A stretch of 64,000 nt of DNA from a virus (lineage: Duplodnaviria; Caudoviricetes): positions 64,001-128,000 of IMG/VR virus record IMGVR_UViG_3300010340_000989. One strand, written 5' to 3'. Below the pieces are notes generated by a model. It was given only the letters and a program-made list of their open reading frames with translations, was not told the origin of the DNA and made no database searches. This document shows, piece after piece, positions 59,893 to 64,000 of this stretch (positions are counted from its first letter, which is position 1; every line of letters starts with the position of its first letter). Both the position numbers and the translations under genes were made by a program.

Positions 59893-60572
59893 AACACTTA
59901 AAAAGATTTAATCTAATTAAAGAGTCACATTCTCAAGAAAATGACGTGGATATTATTATTGATTCTGTGCAAGATTTTTTAGATGATGATAGAAATATAT
60001 TATTTAAATCATCAATTGATGATATGACACATCAAGACTATATTGATAAGAATTCAAACTATTTAGGGTTTAAACCAATTGTAAATACTGGAAGTTTGAT
60101 TAGAGGTCATTTTATTATGGTATTTCGAGATATAAAAGATTATTCAGATTTCTTATTAATTAATAACCAAATGCAATCAGTTTTTGGTAGATTAAAAGAT
60201 GAAGATTGGACAATGTATGATATGAAACTTAGAACTTCTCCTCCACTAAATAATCAAGGTGATGCTAGATTCATATACTTAGCTTTTTATTTTTCAAAAC
60301 CTGATCAGAAATTAGATGAAAAATTTAAATGGCCAGATGAAAAAGATTTGAAAGAAATTTTTGAAAAATATGGATTAATTAATCTATATTTTGATTATTA
60401 TAAACCTTCTCGTTCAGACGGTCCAGTTGAAGTAACAATAGAATTTGATTCTACAAGCTACGATGGTAAAGTTACTGAAAACGCTGAAGAGCTTTTTGAA
60501 TTAGTTTGTAATAGATTTGGATTTAGTAGTTATAATTATAGTTTTGGTGATTATAGAGTGACTTTGGTTTAA
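59889..60572 (+). CDS. hypothetical protein with N-terminal leader
   Basis: MKHLKRFNLIKE. Confidence 0.72.
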   Translation: MKHLKRFNLIKESHSQENDVDIIIDSVQDFLDDDRNILFKSSIDDMTHQDYIDKNSNYLGFKPIVNTGSLIRGHFIMVFRDIKDYSDFLLINNQMQSVFGRLKDEDWTMYDMKLRTSPPLNNQGDARFIYLAFYFSKPDQKLDEKFKWPDEKDLKEIFEKYGLINLYFDYYKPSRSDGPVEVTIEFDSTSYDGKVTENAEELFELVCNRFGFSSYNYSFGDYRVTLV

Positions 60573-61114
60573 ATCCATTTAACTTGATTAAAACAACTTA
60601 AATCAGTTCCACCACCATAAGATATAGAACTTTGAATACACTCTTCCAGATACTTCATTTCGTCTAAAATAGAACGATCTTTATAGTCGATTAGTAATTT
60701 AGTTCCCTCAATCCGGTTAGATTTCCCAGATTGAAACTGTGAGGCAGATCCCCAGAATTCTTTTTTATTCTTTCCATCAACATTAACAAGATGCCCAGGT
60801 GAATCTTTAAAACCTGATAACATTCCACCAACCATAACCATGGTTGCTCCTAAAACTAAACTTTTTGAAATATCACCAGGTACTCTAATACCACCATCTG
60901 CGATAATAGGTTTTTTAGCCACCCTAGAACAATCTTGAATAGTTGATGCTTGACAATTTCTTGATCCGAATCCAGTAGATGGCCAAGTTGTGCATGCTGA
61001 ATTATGAACAATTACACATTCTATATTATATGATTCATCATCTTCAACACTTAAATCAATAACTTCTCCAATATAATTTATTTTTTCAATACTTTCTATT
61101 TCAATAAATTCCAT
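60569..61114 (-). CDS. guaC: split intein C-part (38 aa, 61001..61114) fused to the C-terminal half of GMP reductase
   Basis: V.DLSVEDDESYN....VHN/S, then SACTT..TGFG, PIIADGGIR..GDI.K, GATMVM.G, QSSISY.GG. Confidence 0.92.
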   Translation of the reverse strand: MEFIEIESIEKINYIGEVIDLSVEDDESYNIECVIVHNSACTTWPSTGFGSRNCQASTIQDCSRVAKKPIIADGGIRVPGDISKSLVLGATMVMVGGMLSGFKDSPGHLVNVDGKNKKEFWGSASQFQSGKSNRIEGTKLLIDYKDRSILDEMKYLEECIQSSISYGGGTDLSCFNQVKWI

Positions 61115-62027
61115 AATTTTTTAATATTTTTTTATAATTATTATTTTTAATATCTGTTTCCCAGATACACAAAATATTATATCCATTATCAATGGAATAT
61201 TTTGATTTTAGTTCATCAAGATTAACTTTATATCTTTGAGTCTCATTTAGTTTTCTTTTTGAAGAATCATCATCTGAATAATATAATGGATTGGCATGCC
61301 AATAATCACCGTGTGTCTCTATTATTAATTTTATATCTTTTATAAAAAAATCAAATTGATATAGATTATTTAAAATAAAATTATATTTAAAGTCAATATT
61401 TATTTCCTTTAAATATTGTTCAACTTTTTTTTCTATTGATGTTTTTCTATATTTTTTTAGATGTGAATTTATTATCATATTTCGATGATGCTCTGGATGT
61501 TCTGATAACCATTTTGACTTATTTAATCTAAATTCTATAAGTTTTTTATCTGCTATAATTTTACCATATTTATCTAACCAAATATTATAAAATGATTTAC
61601 CAAACATTCCATTTTCTTGTCCTATTTTTTTTGATTTATTCTTATGTTCCTCTAAAAGTTTAAGTGACTCTTCCTCACCATATTTCTCTAACCAAACATC
61701 ATAAAATGATTTACCAAACATATAGTTTTTTTTACCTGACATTTGATTACTTCTTTTAATTTTTCTATCTTCTTTCCATTTTTTACCAAATTGATTATTT
61801 TTCTCACCAATTTGGCGACAGGATCTACATAAAAATTCTTTCTTAATTAAATATTCCTTAGCTGGAATTGAATTCCAAATTGATGATTTTTTACATGAAT
61901 TACACACAATCTCAACTTTACATTTGGACCTTTTAACTTTTAAACCATCAATAAAAAATAATCCACCACTTTCATTTATTTCTGAAATTATTTTTCCATC
62001 TACTCTAATTTCTATTAGTATTCTCAT
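61101..62027 (-). mobile_element. Vsr-like (DUF559-type) homing endonuclease lying between the split-intein halves
   Basis: N.MFGKSFY..WL.KYG repeats; TSIE, FDF, IETHGDYWH, D..K, GY....IWE. Confidence 0.85.
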
Positions 62028-62055
62028 ATTTTATATATTAAGAACACCATTCTTC

Positions 62056-62877
62056 CTATTCACACTTTATCAAAAGGTGTTTATTTTTATCCAAGTCTTT
62101 TGATTTAACCCAAAATGCAAATTCTGATAAATTTTCATCATTTACTAATTCTCTTTTTGATTTTTCAATAACATAAAATTCATGTGTTTCAGTGCAAGGT
62201 GGTAAATTATTAATTTTTAATAATTCTTGTTCTCCATAATAAATATGTTTATCTATAACTTTCTTATATCTATTTTTATGTGTTAGAACTGAATCCCCGA
62301 TTAAAATATTTTGTAAAGACTTTAATCCTTCGATTGTTTTAACTTCTGATGTCGGAATAAAACATCCCGGGCCGATCCCCACTTTAACTGCATCAGCTCC
62401 CCAAATTTCAAGTTCCATTACAGCGGTACTAGATGAAACATTTCCTGCAATTACAAAAGTGTTTGGTAGATTTTCTTTAATATATCTTATCATTTTCTCC
62501 ATTTTTACGGAATGGCCATGAGCAATATCAATTGTTATAAAATCTGGTTCTAGAAAAGTGGATTTAAATTCATCTACAATTTTATATGAATCTTCATTAA
62601 CACCAAGTGATATTGATGATACTAATCCCAGTGTTTTCATCTGGAAAGTGAAAATGACAGGATTAATTTTAAATCTATGAATTATATAGAAGTAACCATT
62701 TTCTGCTAGTTTTATAGCTACATTTTCATCGATAACACATTCCATATTAGCTGGAATAACCGGAATTTTAAATTTAAAATTTCCAAGTTTTACTGAAGTG
62801 TCGCATTCACTTCTTGAATTAACAACACACTTCCGTGGAACAAGATTTATTTGTTCAAAATCAAATTTCTGATACAT
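62056..62877 (-). CDS. guaC: N-terminal half of GMP reductase fused to split intein N-part (102 aa, 62056..62364)
   Basis: [47 protein letters not shown], then CFIPTSEV...GDSVLTH...CTETHEF; ATG at 62877. Confidence 0.92.
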   Translation of the reverse strand: MYQKFDFEQINLVPRKCVVNSRSECDTSVKLGNFKFKIPVIPANMECVIDENVAIKLAENGYFYIIHRFKINPVIFTFQMKTLGLVSSISLGVNEDSYKIVDEFKSTFLEPDFITIDIAHGHSVKMEKMIRYIKENLPNTFVIAGNVSSSTAVMELEIWGADAVKVGIGPGCFIPTSEVKTIEGLKSLQNILIGDSVLTHKNRYKKVIDKHIYYGEQELLKINNLPPCTETHEFYVIEKSKRELVNDENLSEFAFWVKSKDLDKNKHLLIKCE

Positions 62878-62878
62878 C

Positions 62879-63193
62879 TTAGTAGAAAATATATTTTTTA
62901 TTATCATCAACGATACAATACATGGATATTGGATAAATTTTAGGATTTTCACCAGTATCATCAACTATGAATCTACATGAACCATCGATTAAATCATTAT
63001 TCATGATTTTAATAGTGGCATTATTAAGTCCTTTAACAACAGTATAAAGTATGTCATCCACTTCAGGAGTAATTTCAACATAATTATGTTGTGTTAGTAA
63101 CTTACCAAGATACCCTTCTTCAAAATAAGCCTTTTGAATAACTTTCTTTAGTTCTTTATTATTTGAGAATTCAATTTTAATTTCGCTTTTCAT
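62879..63193 (-). CDS. hypothetical protein
   Basis: ORF track. Confidence 0.6.
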   Translation of the reverse strand: MKSEIKIEFSNNKELKKVIQKAYFEEGYLGKLLTQHNYVEITPEVDDILYTVVKGLNNATIKIMNNDLIDGSCRFIVDDTGENPKIYPISMYCIVDDNKKYIFY

Positions 63194-63216
63194 AGTTTTT
63201 TAATAGTTAGACACAT

Positions 63217-63573
63217 TTATAATGTAAATAAGTCAGAAAGTTTTAAGTCTCTTAAAATCATCTGAGATTTAATCTCAGTCACTTCTAACGCATCTACCTC
63301 AAGTTTAATAATTTTATGGTCTCTATTATCAGATAATCCTCTTATAGAAGAAATAGAAAATTTTGCGTTATAAAAAACATTATCTATCTTATAGATAACG
63401 TCTTTGAATTTTTTACCTTTCAATCCAATAAAATGTATATTAGATGGACATTTTATTTTAATAGAATAATAATATGTAGAGTAGCTTGACCATTTATTTC
63501 TTACTTCTTTAAAATTTTTAAATTTTTCCAAAACTTCAAATTTTTCAAATCCAGAAAATTGTATCCAGTTCAT
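63217..63573 (-). CDS. hypothetical protein with C-terminal RxxK tag
   Basis: Ends RDLKLSDLFTL. Confidence 0.7.
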   Translation of the reverse strand: MNWIQFSGFEKFEVLEKFKNFKEVRNKWSSYSTYYYSIKIKCPSNIHFIGLKGKKFKDVIYKIDNVFYNAKFSISSIRGLSDNRDHKIIKLEVDALEVTEIKSQMILRDLKLSDLFTL

Positions 63574-63777
63574 AATATTTTACTTAGTTTATATTCACGA
63601 ATATATTGAGTAACAACAGTTTTAAAATCTTTATGCTTTAAAGATATCTCAATTAAAGCTGTTATGCTTCTTTAACGTTTGCTGCATATAATGGCGCAAC
63701 TCATCCAATCTATCGTTTTCAATAGCTCCAAATATTAGTGAATTTAGATGTTCTATATTTCTATGCTTTTTTATCAT
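63570..63777 (-). pseudogene. frameshifted small gene whose second frame ends in the C-terminal tag
   Basis: MIKKHRNIEHLN...MQQTLK in one frame; SITALIEISLKHKDFKTVVTQYIREYKLSKIL* in another, with its stop overlapping the next ATG. Confidence 0.6.
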
Positions 63778-63900
63778 AATCAAAGCAAAAATACAAAATA
63801 TTTCTCACAAATAAAAATATTACTATTTAATAATAAAATATATAGTATATGATGGAAATTGTATATTATACAAGGCTTTCAATAAAAATTAAGAATACCT

Positions 63901-64000
63901 ATGAAAAATATTCTAATACTAATATTATCTTTGTTTAGTCTAGCTTCATATTCACAAACCTTTTATGGGTATGAGGTATGTGATTTTAACCAAGGTTTAA
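63901..64000 (+). CDS. 5' end of a secreted protein running off the window
   Basis: MKNILILILSLFSLASYSQ... signal peptide. Confidence 0.65.
   Translation, partial: MKNILILILSLFSLASYSQTFYGYEVCDFNQGL

Noticed and set aside
4953-59897. Antisense or overlapping short ORFs (e.g. 4953, 7141, 7277, 8577, 9748, 11653, 15247, 19992, 27152, 32500, 36978, 39999, 42310, 45766, 51269, 59664)
   Set aside because: They lie within well-supported genes on the other strand or frame and have no motifs; typical AT-rich shadow ORFs
60569-62877. Group I intron or simple pseudogene explanation for the broken guaC
   Set aside because: Both fragments carry canonical intein termini (Cys1; His-Asn followed by Ser+1) at a precise in-register junction, which fits protein trans-splicing
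1-64000. Stop-codon reassignment (TAG or TGA read-through), as in some large phages
   Set aside because: Conserved genes (dnaK, dnaJ, topo II, cca) are full length in code 11 and coding density is high. The TAG after IntN falls at the expected end of a split intein N-part.

Overview
This is a very AT-rich, densely coding 64 kb window in standard code 11, with no tRNA, rRNA or CRISPR array seen. It reads as part of a large T4-like or jumbo tailed phage genome. Evidence for this is a gp13-like neck protein, T4-type topoisomerase II subunits, an RNase H-like 5'-3' exonuclease, Rnl1 RNA ligase, six free-standing homing endonuclease-like genes and about 60 short hypothetical genes. The host is probably Bacteroidota (Flavobacteria-like), based on TTTG-N18-20-TAnnTTTG promoters, no obvious Shine-Dalgarno sites, T9SS type-B CTD proteins and DUF4468. 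Host-like cargo includes dnaK/grpE/dnaJ, nusG, a CCA-adding enzyme, a rhomboid protease, a class II aaRS catalytic domain, dCMP deaminase, a GT2 glycosyltransferase, an adenine methyltransferase and a MoxR/VWA pair. Main observations: (1) two apparently mutually exclusive terminal peptide tags are shared by unrelated proteins. An N-terminal MKxLKxF(x)E leader occurs on about 23 proteins and resembles the T4 capsid-targeting sequence. A C-terminal R(D/E/N)xK(I/L)xx(I/L)L tag of unknown function occurs on about 16 others. (2) The RNA ligase, the CCA enzyme, nuclease-like proteins and one homing endonuclease carry the leader, suggesting virion-delivered cargo. (3) guaC is fractured by a naturally split intein with an intervening Vsr-like endonuclease. 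(4) The phage encodes T9SS type-B CTD proteins. (5) It carries a stand-alone EXD2-like HNH protein. All family assignments come from motif recognition by eye, not from database searches.
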